From contig OZ251222.1 in assembly GCA_965240325.2 (NCBI GenBank), forward strand, positions 2,542,001 through 2,606,000: 64,000 nt of DNA. Direction: 5' to 3'. This DNA comes from Rebecca billardiae RCC1528. Its lineage: Eukaryota; Protista; Haptophyta. Under the pieces are notes generated by a model, which was given only the letters and a program-made list of their open reading frames with translations, searched no databases and was not told where the DNA came from. This document shows, piece after piece, positions 22,742-34,795 of this stretch (within the stretch, counting starts at the first letter, position 1; each line of letters opens with the position of its first letter). Both the position numbers and the translations under genes were made by a program.

Positions 22742-25526
22742 CTTCACCGTCGCCATCACGATGGTGCCCTTGGGCTTGTCGTCCTCGGCGGGCAGCCCCG
22801 CGGCCGCGCGCGCCGCCCTCACCTCCTCCTTCTCCTTCTCGAGGTACGGGATCAGGTACGCGACGGCCTTCTTCATCACGCGCGCCGACTTGATCACCTG
22901 CGGCAGGAACATCTTGCCCGCGCCAAACAGGTCGCCTACCTCGTTCATGCCGTCCATCAGCGGGCCCTCGATCACCTGCAGCGGCGACTTGATCGCCTGC
23001 CGCGCCTCCTCCGTGTCCTCGTCGACGAACTCGGAGATCCCCTTGATCAGCGAGTACGTCAGCCGCTCGCGCACCGGCTTCTCGCGCCACTCGAGCTTGT
23101 TCACCTTTGCGACGGTCGCGCCGCCCGCCGCCTTGCGCTCCTTCTCCTCCTCGGCAAACTTGAGCAGCCGCTCGACGTGCTGGCCGTCCGCCGAGTTGTT
23201 GAGCACGACCTCCTCGACGTACTGCCGCATCGGCTCGGGGATGTCCGAGTAGATCGGCATCGCGCCCGCGTTGACGATCCCCATGTCCATCCCGTTCTTG
23301 ATCGCGTGGTACAGGAAGACGGCGTGGATCGCCTCGCGCAGGTCGGTCAGCCCGCGGAAGCCGAACGAGAGGTTGGACACGCCGCCCGAGATCTTGGCGC
23401 CGGGGAGGTTCTCCTTGATCCACTTGCACGCCTCGATGAAATCCTTGCCGTAGTTGTTGTGCTCCTCCAGCCCCGTCGCGATCGTCAGGATGTTCGGGTC
23501 GAAGATGATGTCCTCCTTGGGGAAGTTGACGCGCGGCGAGACGAGGATGTCGTACGCGCGCTTGCAGATGCGGATCTTCTCCTCGTACCCGGCGGCCTGG
23601 CCCTCCTCGTCGAAGGCCATCACGACGACGGCGGCGCCGTAGCGCTTGACGATCTTCGCCTTCTTGACGAAGTCCTCCTCGCCCTCCTTCAGCGAGATCG
23701 AGTTGGCGATGCACTTGCCCTGGCAGCACTTGAGGCCGGCCTCGAGGATGTGGAACTTGGACGAGTCGACCATCATCGGCAGCCGCGAGATGTCCGGCTC
23801 GGGGATCGCCATGTTGAGGAACTTCTGCATGGCCTTGACGCCGTCGAGCATGCCGTCGTCCATGTTCACGTCGAGCACCTGCGCGCCCGACTCCGCCTGG
23901 TGCTTCGCGATGTCGAGCGCCTTGTCGTAATCATTGTTCATGATGAGCTTCTTGAACTTGATCGAGCCGGCGAGGTTGCACCGCTCGCCCAGGTTGACGA
24001 AGCCGAGCGTGGGCAGGTCGACGGTGCACGCCTCGAGGCCGGAGATCTTCATCTTGGGGTTGGGGTTGGGCTTCGGCTTCTCGCGCGGCTTGATGCTCGC
24101 CACCTCCTTCGCCAGCGCCGCGATGTGGTCCGGCGTCGTGCCGCAGCAGCCGCCGAGCATGTTGACAAGCCCGAGGTCGGCAAACTGGCGCACCTCCTTG
24201 GCAAACTCGGCCGGCCCCTGGTCGTACCCGCCCATGGCGTTGGGCAGGCCCGCGTTGGGGTACGAGTGGACGTGGCAGATGTCCGCGCAGTTCGAGAGCG
24301 CCTGCATGAACGGCAGCATCTGCGTCGCGCCGAGCGCGCAGTTGAGGCCGATGCACACCGGCTTGGCGTGCATCACCGAGACGAAGAAGGCCTCGGTCGT
24401 CTGGCCCGAGAGCGTGCGGCCCGACAGGTCGACGATCGTGCCCGAGATGATGACGGGCAGGGGCGAGTAGCTCGGGTTCTCGTCGAAGAACTCGTCGATC
24501 GCGAACAGCGCCGCCTTCGCGTTGAGCGTGTCGAAGATCGTCTCGACGAGCAGCAGGTGCACGCCGCCGTCGCACAGCGCCTTGGTCTGCTCCTTGTACG
24601 CCGTCACGACCTCGTCCCACGTGCAGTTGCGGAAGCCGGGGTCCTCGACGGAGGGCGAGATGGAGAGCGTGCGGTTGGTCGGGCCGATCGCGCCCGCCAC
24701 CAGCCGCGGCTTCGACGGCTCCTTCGCCGTCACCTCCGCCGCCGCCTCGACCGCGAGCTGCGCCGAGCGCAGGTTGATCTCGTACACGAGATCCTCCATG
24801 CCGTAGTCGGCCTGCGCGATGGTGGTGCCCGAGAAGGTGTTGGTCTCGCAGATGTCCGCGCCCGCCTCGAAGTAGCGCTTGTGGATGTCGCGGATCGTGT
24901 CCGGCTGCGTGAGCACGAGCATGTCGTTGTTCCCCTTGATGTCGCGGTGGTAGTCCTTGAAGCGGTCGCCGCGGAAGTCGGCCTCCGAGAACTTGTACTG
25001 CTGGATGGTGGTGCCCATCGCGCCGTCGATGATCATGATGCGCTTGGACATCGTCTCGTCGATGTACTTGTGCACCACCGCGCCGTCCACCGGGGCTGCG
25101 CGACGGGCGCGCGGCGGCGTCCGCGGTGCGCGGGAACAACACGGTGCACAGCCAGTCAGGCCGAGTCCGCGAGGGCCTCTCGCGCGCGGCGCGCCGAGAA
25201 GCTCCAATCTGGCGCGGCCCCGGGCAGGCGCTCGCGCGAGGTGCAAGTGGGGGCGTCGCGCGCCGCGCGCTGCAAGCACCTCCCCACGGCAGAGACGCGC
25301 CCGCCGAGCCGCCAGACGGCGCGGAGGATGCCTTGGGCGCGGCCGACGGCGCCGGGGCGCCGCCCGCCTTGGCCGCCTTGGCGGTCTTCGCCTTCGCGAG
25401 CGACTCCTCGAGCTTGGCAATAGTTGCCGTCAGCTCATCTGCTGACATGCCATCGAAGCTCGCCGCGGTCTGCTTCTGGATCTCCGCCTGCACGGCGGCA
25501 GCGATTGCCTTCGCGTCCACCGACAT
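20989..25526 (-). CDS. metH: Cobalamin-dependent methionine synthase; introns 21103-21280, 21527-21661, 25096-25279
   Basis: [21 protein letters not shown]12-binding DVHDIG and SAM-activation GIRPAPGYP motifs. All three GT-AG introns splice in frame. Confidence 0.97.
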
Positions 25527-25841
25527 GGCGGAGAATCGGGCAGGTTGCTAGCGCCACCACGCGAAGCTGATTGCGCGCTGGCTCGCTGTGGCGCCCCCGA
25601 ATCTTCAGGAGCACGATGGCGTCTGTCCACGTATCTGCGCGGGTGCAAAGGTGGGGTCGAAGTTCATGGAACACGGGCGCAAACTTGCATCTTCGGCCCC
25701 GGTTTCGGCCGAGGCTTCGCGGAGCCAGCCCAACCTTCCGGAACGGGCCCTGGATTTTCCGGTCGAAGAAAAGAAACTCCGCTGGGACAGCTGCTGAAAA
25801 ACACTCCACGAACCGGGCAAAGTGCCAAAGTCGTTTCCCGC

Positions 25842-26676
25842 ATGGCGACCGCGCGGGAGGGCGACCCCGAAGGGGCGCAGGGCGAGGAGCCCGAGGCGCC
25901 GGCAGCGCCGGTGCCGCGGATGTACAGGCACACGACATCGTCGATGGGTCGGCACTCACGCGCCGCCGTCGTCGCGTCCGTTCATCGCTCGCTCGTCACC
26001 ACTGCGGGCGAGTGGTACCAGCAGACGCCCGCGTACGCAAACATGGTTGGAACGTACGGCGCGATCGGCGCGCCTGGGCAGGACCTTCGGCGCCTGGCCG
26101 CGGGCCCGACGCTGTACGTGAACGGGACACCGGACAAGGGCTACAAGGCCACGCTGTCGAGCACGGTCGCCCACGCGCACAGCGGCAGCTTTGGCAAGGA
26201 CCTCGGCCCTGGGAACATGATGACTGTGCTGCACCAGGCCAAGCCAAACTGCCGCCGCTCGGTGATCGGCCCCGACCCGTACGACACGATGGTAAGGGCG
26301 CCGCCAGCCCCGGCGCGCTGGCCCCACGCGCCCTCGCGCGCGCGCGCGCTCATCCGCGCCGCCCGCCCCGCCCCGCCCCTGCCAGCTGCGCAACGACTGG
26401 CACATGCGCAACCGCACGATCGCCTTCACCGCGGAGGACGGCCGGCCGCGCAGCGGCGAGTGGGCGATGCCGCGCGCCTCGTACTCACATTCGCACGCGG
26501 ACTCGCGGAGGCCCGAGTGGATCCACCGCAGACAGTCGCGCCAGGTGCTCGCGCCGGGCAACCGCGTGCCCGAGAAGCACCACAACCGCGTGTGGACGCC
26601 CGAGACGCACCGCCCGTGGCCCAAGCTGCTCGAGCGAAACGTGTTCGAGCGCAACGCGTTTGTGAGCACGCGCTAG
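25842..26676 (+). CDS. Hypothetical protein (possibly flagellar); intron 26292-26385
   Basis: GTAAGG...GCCAG intron joins ...PYDTM to LRNDWHMRN... in frame. Host-like codon bias. Divergent from metH. Confidence 0.7.
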
Positions 26677-27526
26677 GCTCCTCGGGCACTCGCGACGCAA
26701 GGCTTCGGCCGAGCGCTGTCACGCACGCACTCGGCCGACGACCACACGCGTGTGTGACTTTGGCGTTGCCCAGCGCGCAAGGCGCTTTGGGGCTTGCGCG
26801 CGGTGCGTGGTGCACCGTGTGCACCGCTCTTCACCGCTGTGGTGTGCCGCCACCTGCTGCCCTGTCCGGTTTCGACCGGGCACAGCGCTGGCGAGAGGCT
26901 TGACCGAGGCTGGCGAGCTTGCAGCCGCCGCGGCGAGCCGGGATGGACCCAGCTCGCAGCGCGTGGCAGAAGCAGCTCCCCGGCCTTCGTCTCTGTTCTT
27001 CTCCCTGCTGACACTATCTATCGGGCCGCGGCCCGGTCGACGGCCACGAAGCACCGGCCAGGGCCCAGGCGCGGCGCTCTGTTTCGTCATCACAATTACC
27101 TTAAGTGTTGCTAAAAACTACTCAGCGCTCAGCGGCCAATCGGAACGACTGAACTTATGGCCCGCGGTGCAGGGCGGAGCGCGTAGCGTGGAGCCCCGCC
27201 GGGGGCCCTCACTAGTGACACTACGTTGTCAAAAAGATCTTTTGATCAAAGAAAAGGGGATGGGGGACGATTTTGAGGGCTGTTGGAGGGCCGGCGGTGA
27301 GTTTTCGATTTTTCGAGGGTTACGTTGGCCCATAGTGCTCTGCATTAGCAACTACGCGCTTGACGAAATAAGCGCGCCCACGCCATTCCGCATAAGTCGA
27401 TGGACGGACGTGGGATCAGATACCCCGGGGGTGAAACAAGTGAGTATTTTTGTCCTTCTTGTATGCTGGAGTACGAGTTTGCCGAGCGACGTTTGATTGT
27501 TTTGGGTCGAAAACAGCTATGAGGCC

Positions 27527-27806
27527 AGATTCTTTTGAATAGCGCTTGCGAAAAGAAGTTACCCGCCTGTCTCGATGGATGAACCGCCTCATGGTATTGA
27601 AGAGATTCTTTTGAATAGCGCTTTTAAACCAAGTTACCCACCTGTCTCGTTGGATGAACCTCCTCTCATCATATTGAAGAGATTCTTTTGAATAGCGCTA
27701 TTTAAAGCCAGTTACCCGCTTGCCTCGATGGATGAACCGCCTTGATAATATTGAAAGATATTCTTTTGAATAGCGCTTGTCACAACCAAGTTACCCGCCT
27801 GTCACG
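27527..27806. repeat. AT-rich tandem array, ~3.6 units of 76-78 bp
   Basis: Units start at 27527, 27603, 27680 and 27758. Conserved blocks ATTCTTTTGAATAGCGCT and AGTTACCCGCCTG..GATGAACC are separated by variable ~10-nt segments. Confidence 0.9.
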
Positions 27807-27809
27807 TCT

Positions 27810-29450
27810 GTCCGAGCTGTCTCGTGCTCGCGAGCGGCGCGACGACATCGGCCCGAGCGAGGATGCCGCCTTCAAAGGCGCGCACCGAGTGCGTGCGCGA
27901 CGGGTGCCGGCCGGCCGCTGGTCTCGACCTATCGCCCTCGGCCCTCCCCGAGCGCGCCTGCAGGTACCTCCGGACGCGCATTCGGCTTGCTCACTCGATC
28001 AGCTCACTCACACAGCTGCCGGTCACGCAGCCGCGCGGCGGCCCCGCGACCAGGTCCGCGGCCCAAAGTGTGTGTGCGCGCCGCGCCGGTGCCCTCGCGC
28101 CGGTGGCGTGGGCTGGCTGGCCGCTGGTCTCGCCCACGCGCCCCACTCGCCCCAAGCGCGCAACGCCTGCGGGAAGCGCCGGCACCATACCTACCTAACC
28201 TGCGCGTCGACGCCCGTCCCGCCGCGGCCCGCGCCTCGATCGATCGTCGATCGGACCGCGTGCGTGCGACTCCGTCCGCGCCCGCGCGCAGGGTGGGAGG
28301 GGCTGATGCAGGAGCAGATGCAGGACTACCTCGAAATTGCACGCGACGAGGAGGTGCCCAGCGCGCACTTTACGCTGCGCGCATCATCGAGTGGTCGCCC
28401 AGCGAGCGCGGCAGCTGGCCACCGGGCCGGCTGACCAAGGGGGTGGCTGACGGCGGGCGCAGCTGCCAGCTGCGGACGCGCAGCGGGCGCGGAGTGGAAG
28501 CCGGCGCAGCGGCCGGGCAGCGGCGGCCGGCGCGGCAGCACGCTCGTATACATCGCGGCAGCTACCGCCGTCGTGCGGGGAAAGCACACGCTCTCGGCGG
28601 CTTCCAAGATGCCGACGGGCCACGGCGTGCACTCCGTGCAGGCTGCGTGCGCGCTGCAGTGGCTGTGTCGAGCTGCTGCGGCGTGTGCTCGAGGCGCGGC
28701 GCTCGCACGGGCTACGCGGGCGCAGCGGGTGCGCGCAGCTGGCGCACGCAGTGCCACGTCCTGCCGCGCCAGTTTGACGGCCGTCCGCCCCCCCGAGCTC
28801 GAGTTCTGCGCGCTTTGCGACGGCGCGGCCGGCAGCGCCCATCTGCCTGCTTGCTAGTTGCTTGGGCACGCCAGCATGTCCGCCGCCGGGCCTGCTGCGC
28901 GCGCCGAAGCTGGAGGGCGGAGGAGGGCGCTGGGCTGCTCCTACGGCGTGCTGCAGCCCGGGCAGGCTCTACCGCGGCGCGGCGAGGCCGTCGCGCCTGC
29001 TCGCCGCCGTCGAGTCGCCCGTGCTGCGTGACCCTCGGCCGCACGTGCTCGCTCGGCGGCACCGCAGCAGGCGTCCCATACCAGTATACTCGAGCCGCTG
29101 TGCGCACCCAAGGCGCGAGCTGCTCGAGCGGGCCAGGTGGGCCCAGGGGGTGCGTGCAGCTGGCACACGCAGCCCCGGCCCGTGTCATGGGGTGTCGGTT
29201 TGACGGTCGCCAGCCCCTGTGGGCTCGAGCGCTGTGCGCTTCACCACGGAGGTGCTGGCAGCGCCCCGCGGCGCGCAACGGCGGGGCAGCATGGCCGCCG
29301 CCGGCGCCGCCGCACATGCCGCCGCTTACGGGCAGTCAGAGAGCTTGGGGCAGCACCTACGGCGCATGCTGCAGCTCGGGGCGGGCTCTGCCAGCCTGCT
29401 GTGGCGTGATCGCGCATTTTCCAGACCGTCGACTCGCCCGCGCTGCATAA
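27810..29450 (+). pseudogene. Degenerate intron-containing gene remnant
   Basis: Intron-like GC tracts ending GCAG (~27963, ~28291) and coding-like pieces (WEGLMQEQMQDYLEIARDEE; ARIIEWSP) in different frames. Internal degenerate repeat GTTTGACGG..GCTCGAG at ~28772 and ~29198. Confidence 0.35.
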
Positions 29451-29715
29451 TATTCCATTATTCGTTTGCCGCGCGTGCTCGACGGCGCTCCGCGCTGCTG
29501 CTGCCGCTTACGCTACGGCCGCGCGTTGGACGGACAGCATATGCCGACGGAGGGTGCAGCGCGGGCCCCTAACTACGTTGGTTCTACGGAAGGACCGCGG
29601 AACGCGGTCATTCACTCTTCACGGCTCGAACCCCCTTGGTGAGACTGGCCGCCTGACAATGGCATCATGAGTGATCATGGACAGGTGCCGTGTATCCTCA
29701 AAAATCAATCATGAA

Positions 29716-31541
29716 TCAACGGTGCAATATGAGCGCATTCCGACTGCTGCTGGCACCGCCATTCGGGCGCACCCTCGACGCAATGAAGACCATCTCCGAG
29801 GCTGGCCGGTGCGTGTGCGGCGCGCGCGCGACAGGCAGGAGATGTCGCGGCGCCGGCGGGCTCAGCGCGCGCGTTGAGGGCGATTCCGGCCGGCCCTCCT
29901 TGTCGGAGGACATGTCTGCGCCCGGCGCCGTCGGCGGGCGGTCGAGCACGGGCGCGAGGCCGCCGTAGAGCAGCGAAGCGACCTGCAGCGTGTGGGGAGG
30001 AGACGCGCGAGCGTTGCGCCGCGCGGGGGGGGCACGCGCACCAGCTGGAGATCAGCCGCCGCACTCCGATGGCCGCAGCCCGCGCGGGCTCCGCGTGCGC
30101 GCGGGATGCTCGGGCCGGCCGCGCGCGCACCGTGCGCTGTATCCGCATCGCCTCCTCCGCGACAGCTGCTTGCTCGGCCGACGCAGCCGCAGCCTGCTGC
30201 CCGGAGCCGTCCGCAGCGGCCGAGCCGGGGCCGGCGGCTTCGCCTGCAGGCCGGGCCTCGCCCCGCGTGCCCGTCGGAGCCGCGGCTGACTCGGCCGGCT
30301 GCACCGCGCGCTGCTGCGCTTCTGGCGCCGACTCTGCATGCAGCGCGAGTTCGTCCAGCACCTCGGCCGTCGCCGCCGAGAGCCGCAAGGACGTGAGCCG
30401 CCACTCGCGCCGGACGAGCTCGCCCTGCGAGAGGGCACGCGCGGGATGGGCGCGGTCCGGGTGTTCGGGTGAGGGGGCGCGCTCGCCCGCGCGCGCGCGC
30501 GTCCGCGCGATGCCGGGGCCGCGCGGCGAGGCGCGCGGCGCGCCCACGCCGGGCCGCGTGCTGCGCGGCGCGCGGCGCACGGCGCACCGTTGGGCCTGCG
30601 CCGCGCAGCGCCTGCGCGGTGCGATGCGAGATGTAATTGTCCACGGTCACAGGCCTCGGCGGCGTGAGCGGCGGCGCGTCCTCCTCGCCCGCGGCTTCGA
30701 GCGCGGCGCGGCGCTTGGCGACAGACGGGCGCTCGACGAGGGCCGTGGCGGGCCGAGCGGGCGAGCGCGCGGAGCGCTGCCGCGCGCCGCCCGCCGCGCT
30801 CGTCCTCGGCCGGCCGCGCGCGCCCTCGGCCTCGGCCGCGCCCGACGCGTCGGGCGCGCGCACGGGCGAGACGGGCCGCACGGGCTTGTGTATGAGCAGC
30901 TCCACGTGCCGCCACAGCAGCGGGTCGTACCGCAGCTCGAGCCCGAGCTCGTCCAGGTCGCTGCCCATCTTGAGCAGGTAGTTGACACCCTGCCAGAGGA
31001 ACGTCTCGTTCAGCGGGCGCTCGCGCCGCCACATGCGCACGCGCTCGACGATGACCAGCCCGGTCTCCATCAGCGCGATCAGCTTGCGCACCAGCGCCAG
31101 CCGCGCCTCGCGCCGCGCGCCCGGCGTCACCAGCTCCTCCTCGCGCAGTGAGCGCACAAAGGCCAGCAGCTGCGCGCGCTCGCGCTCGCGCCGCTCGATG
31201 AGCTCGACGAGCGAGGCCTGCGCCGGCGACTCGGCGCGGCCGGAGCGGGGCCCGGCGGTGCTCCGAGCCGCCACGCGGCTCGGCGGCGGGGCTGCCGCCG
31301 GCGCGCGCGCCTGGAAGGGCAGCTTGCAGTACGGGTCGCGCGCGGCGTCGTACGGCGGGATCACGCGGTCCATCACGCGGATGCGCGAGTCCCAGTCGTG
31401 GCGGCGCGGGCGTGTGGACGCGCGGCGGCCGGGCGGCGGAGTGGGCGCCGGATACCGCGAGAGCTGCGGCGCGATCGACGCGTCAATGTCCCACCATTGC
31501 CGCGCCTTTCGCGCGTCGTGCGCGGGGCGGTACGCCTCCAT
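29716..31541 (-). CDS. Hypothetical protein; introns 29983-30130 and 30425-30587
   Basis: Conserved-looking block VERVRMWRR...FLWQGVNYLLKMGSDLD. Two GTGCGC...GCAG introns restore a continuous frame to the stop at 29716. Confidence 0.65.
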
Positions 31542-31983
31542 GGGCCGCTGAAACGACGACTGTGTGGTCGGGCGGACCGCAACTGACTGTAGCGCCGATG
31601 GGGGTATGCATAATGTACAGTCAGCGCGCCAAGGACTGTTCATCACTGTCCGACGGACATGAACTACACTCATCATGAACAATACTGTATCAGCGATAGA
31701 CTGGCGAGGCCTGGCAAGCGGCGTGATGACTGATGTGCCAGCAGCCCAGCAGTACCAGTACGGCTGCGTCGCAGGAGAGCTCGTCATCAAATGCTGCGAT
31801 CCTCGCTGAGACTTCCACAGGTGCCAACCGGGATCCCCAACAGCCCAACTGGCACCCGGTGGCTCATATTCAATGATTGAATGATAGTACACGCCGCATT
31901 CGGCACTCGGGTGCCCGTCGCCGCAGGCGCATTCTCGGCGCGGCAGCAGGCCGCCTGATCGGCGGCCGGGCGGATCGGCCAGG

Positions 31984-33090
31984 TCACTGGTCAGTCCTGG
32001 CGACGGCTTGCCGACGACTGCGAACAACAGCCGCACGCAATCGCCGTCTCGTGCCATGCTCAGGCAGCGCCGTGCACTCCGGATGTCTCAGCGGCGTGAT
32101 GCGCCGGAAGACGTGCAGCGTCCGGCGCAGCCACGGCAGCCTCACGCGCTGGCTCCCGTTCTGGTCGGCCACCATGTACGGCGGCATCGGCCACCTCTTG
32201 CCCCGCGCCTTGGCGCTGGCGATCACCGTCGCGTTGGGGACCCACGCCTCGTGATAGCCCGGCGGCAGGCGGAACTCGCGCACGCGCATCGTGCTCTTCA
32301 CGTCGTACACGTACCCCAGTGCGCGGAACAGGCCGACCACGTACTCGCTGCTGTGGCAGTTGACGTGCCCGTTCCCGCCCTGCCGCAGCGCCGCCCAAGA
32401 GAGGACGATGCCGCGGCAGTTGTGCGCGTGCAGGTTGCGCACCAGCGTGCCCTCGAAGCGGCTGGGCACGTGCTCAGCCACCTCGATCGACATGACCCAG
32501 TCCGCCTTGGGCAGCCTCAGCGGCGCCGCCAGGTTGAAGTAGGACACTCGGCCGTTCGACGCCGCCTCCACGTTGGCCGCGCCGTCGTACCCGCGGTACA
32601 CAACACCCGGGGCGTGCGCGTGGAGCGCGACGCCGTACAGCCCAACGCCGGCGCCAAAGTCGTTGAGCGTGAGCGAGGGAGTGCGATCCGCGCGCACCAG
32701 CTCGAGCAGCAGCGCGACGAGAGCCGAGTCGGGCGGCTTGTGCGCCTTCGGGAAGTAGAAGGTGCCGCCGCCGTGCGGCAGTGGCACCCAGTCGCCCTGG
32801 ACCTCGCTGGGCGGCGGGTAGCACCACCCGCCGGTGCTCTGCGGCCTGCGCGAGCTGCAGAGGCGGCTCGCGGCATCTTTCGACATCATCTTGCGCAGCT
32901 GCTCGGCCGAGATGGGACGCGTCCCGTTGTAGGACTCCCCTTCGGCGAGCGCCGAGCGATTCACCTCCGTCAGCGAGTAGGTGCGTGGGCAGTCGGTTTT
33001 GAAGCCGCACGGCTCCTCATCAGGCGACGCGCCGCTGATCACGAGCAGCGACAGGCAGAGAACCAGCGCCCGAGCCGCCCTGCCCGCCAT
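31984..33090 (-). CDS. Secretory-pathway class I SAM methyltransferase, copy 1
   Basis: Signal peptide plus NDFGAGVG, YRGYDG, DWVMSIEVAEHVP, IVLSWA and GHVNC motifs. Near-identical to 34796-35905. Confidence 0.85.
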   Translation of the reverse strand: MAGRAARALVLCLSLLVISGASPDEEPCGFKTDCPRTYSLTEVNRSALAEGESYNGTRPISAEQLRKMMSKDAASRLCSSRRPQSTGGWCYPPPSEVQGDWVPLPHGGGTFYFPKAHKPPDSALVALLLELVRADRTPSLTLNDFGAGVGLYGVALHAHAPGVVYRGYDGAANVEAASNGRVSYFNLAAPLRLPKADWVMSIEVAEHVPSRFEGTLVRNLHAHNCRGIVLSWAALRQGGNGHVNCHSSEYVVGLFRALGYVYDVKSTMRVREFRLPPGYHEAWVPNATVIASAKARGKRWPMPPYMVADQNGSQRVRLPWLRRTLHVFRRITPLRHPECTALPEHGTRRRLRAAVVRSRRQAVARTDQ

Positions 33091-33108
33091 GATCTGCTGG
33101 GTGCAGTA

Positions 33109-33816
33109 ATCTCGCCTGCCTGAGCTGTGTGCGTCTCTTATTCTTAGTAAACTGTACGCGGCCCGCGTTCCCGCACGCATGCATCAAAGGAATCGCGGCA
33201 GGGGCGTTGCGCCAGCTGGACAAACGCCTTCCGGTCTTTTCAGATCTGCGCTTTTCAAAACGAAATGTTCTGCGCTCTGTCCGACGGCAAAGCGCGGCGG
33301 ATGGCGGCTTCGCCGCCGCATGGGCGGGCGATGGCGTTGCCCGCATAAAACGTGCGTCGGAGGCACGGAAGCGGGCAGATGGCGCGTCGCACGCGTCGTG
33401 GAACTCGGTCGCGACGCTCGCCAGCCTCAGCGCGCGCGGCGAAGCCACGTCCATGGGCGCCCAGCGTGCAGGCGGCACGGTCACGCCGCTCGGCCGCAGC
33501 GACCGGCCTCGCACGCGTCCTTGCCGCGCGAAAGGGCATCCCAGCTGCGGTCATTCGACTTGTGCGTCAGGAGCAGTGTGCCAGCTAGCCGACGCGCACG
33601 CACCGCGAGCTGCACGGCGTGCGCAAACGTAGCCCGCCGAGCGTGCGCCGATGCGGCACAGCGGGAGAGGGCCCCGATCCGAAGGCGACTCTCGTCAGAG
33701 GCCCTCCGTAGCTTCGTGATCTACGAAAGCTAGCGTCCTCGCGTTTGTCCAGCTGGCGCAACGCTCCGTGGTTACCGTACAGTTTACTAAGAATAAGAGA
33801 CGCACACAGCTCAGGC
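33109..33816. mobile_element. MITE-like element with bipartite inverted repeats
   Basis: Outer arms 33109-33158 and 33776-33816 (right arm truncated). Inner perfect 24-bp arms 33204-33227 and 33741-33764. Confidence 0.75.
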
Positions 33817-34620
33817 CGACTCGGGAGGTCGGCGCGCGGTGGCGCGCGCGCGTCCCGGAGCGCGATCTAGACTACGCGCGCGCGCTCACGTGCCCTCGGG
33901 GGTATAGAGGGCCTGCAACCGCCCCCGCGTAGTGCGGCATGCCGCCTGCACCGCGTTCGCGTCCGGTCGTCGCCGAGCACCCAGATCTATTGGTGCACGC
34001 AAGCGTGGCCGGCGTAAGGGCCGGTCGGCGAAGCCGCTGAGCGCGGATCGGATGCATGCCATTGTGTGCATGCATGTGTACAGCACAGCGCCCACCGCGC
34101 TGACCACGACCGTCGTCATGACGTTCAGCGCGGGCATCTCGCACTGCTGCTGCCGACTGATGGGCGCGCGGCAGGCAGTGATGGCAAGCTGCCCCACCGC
34201 CCAGCAGCCTAGCTGGGGGGCTTAGCAGCAGCAGTACGCGTAGCTGGGTCCTGCAGCTGGGCGGCGGGGCAGGTACGAGTACTGCTGGGCGCTCGGAGTA
34301 CATCAGCGCCACAGCGTTGCAGGCCGGCGGCGCGGCCGACGGCCGGCAGACGGCAGGTGGCAAGTGGCAGTAGCCTGGACAGGCGAAGCGATTCGAGCTG
34401 TGTTCTGAGGTGGGCAGGCTCCGCACTGATGACAGCAGATGACATATATGTGATACGCTGTAGTCGTAGTAGCAGACAAAGATGCTGTGGCATGTGCTTG
34501 TGCTGCGGCTGCCGTGGGCCACGCCGCTGCGGTGAACCGCCGCGCAACCGCAAGCCGCGAGTTCATCGAATGGCTCCCACCGCGCGCTGCGGCGCCGCGC
34601 GCCGACCTCCCGAGTCGGCC
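33814..34620. mobile_element. Second inverted-repeat-bounded segment (26-bp arms)
   Basis: GGCCGACTCGGGAGGTCGGCGCGCGG at 33814-33839 and its exact reverse complement at 34595-34620. No TSD found. Confidence 0.55.
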
Positions 34621-34795
34621 CGAGCTCGGCGGCGCGCCGTCGCGGGCGCAGGCCGGATTTTTTTCGGCCGCGACCCCGAGGCGAATTGGAGAAGCCGACG
34701 CGTAGTATGGTTACACGTATGCCGGGATGCCACACCCGGGTGGCGTGCGAAGCGCGACTAGTCCGACTGGCGGCCCGGCCGGATGATCGGCCAGG

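Noticed and set aside
21158-25423. 1421-aa plus-strand ORF and similar long antisense ORFs (e.g. 42518-44860, 36268-38514, 17275-18957)
   Set aside because: Shadow frames caused by high GC3 on the strand opposite real genes; no domain motifs.
25096-25840. Cobalamin riboswitch in the metH intron or leader
   Set aside because: No B12-box or GGGAA core recognisable by eye. An Infernal search with the Rfam cobalamin models would be needed.
27210-27228. CACTA transposon terminus (CACTAG/CACTAC)
   Set aside because: No matching inverted terminus with a TSD found downstream.
27527-27806. CRISPR array
   Set aside because: Variable segments are only ~10 nt, most of each unit is conserved, there are no cas genes, and the context is eukaryotic.
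27527-27806. Decayed C2H2 zinc-finger repeats on the minus strand (KRYSKESLQYHEAVH)
   Set aside because: No Cys pairs, the His spacing is not kept in other units, and unit lengths are not consistently multiples of 3.
33109-33156. Spliced-leader relic upstream of a retrocopy
   Set aside because: The motif occurs as an inverted pair and antisense to another gene, and there is no poly(A) at the duplicate's 3' end.
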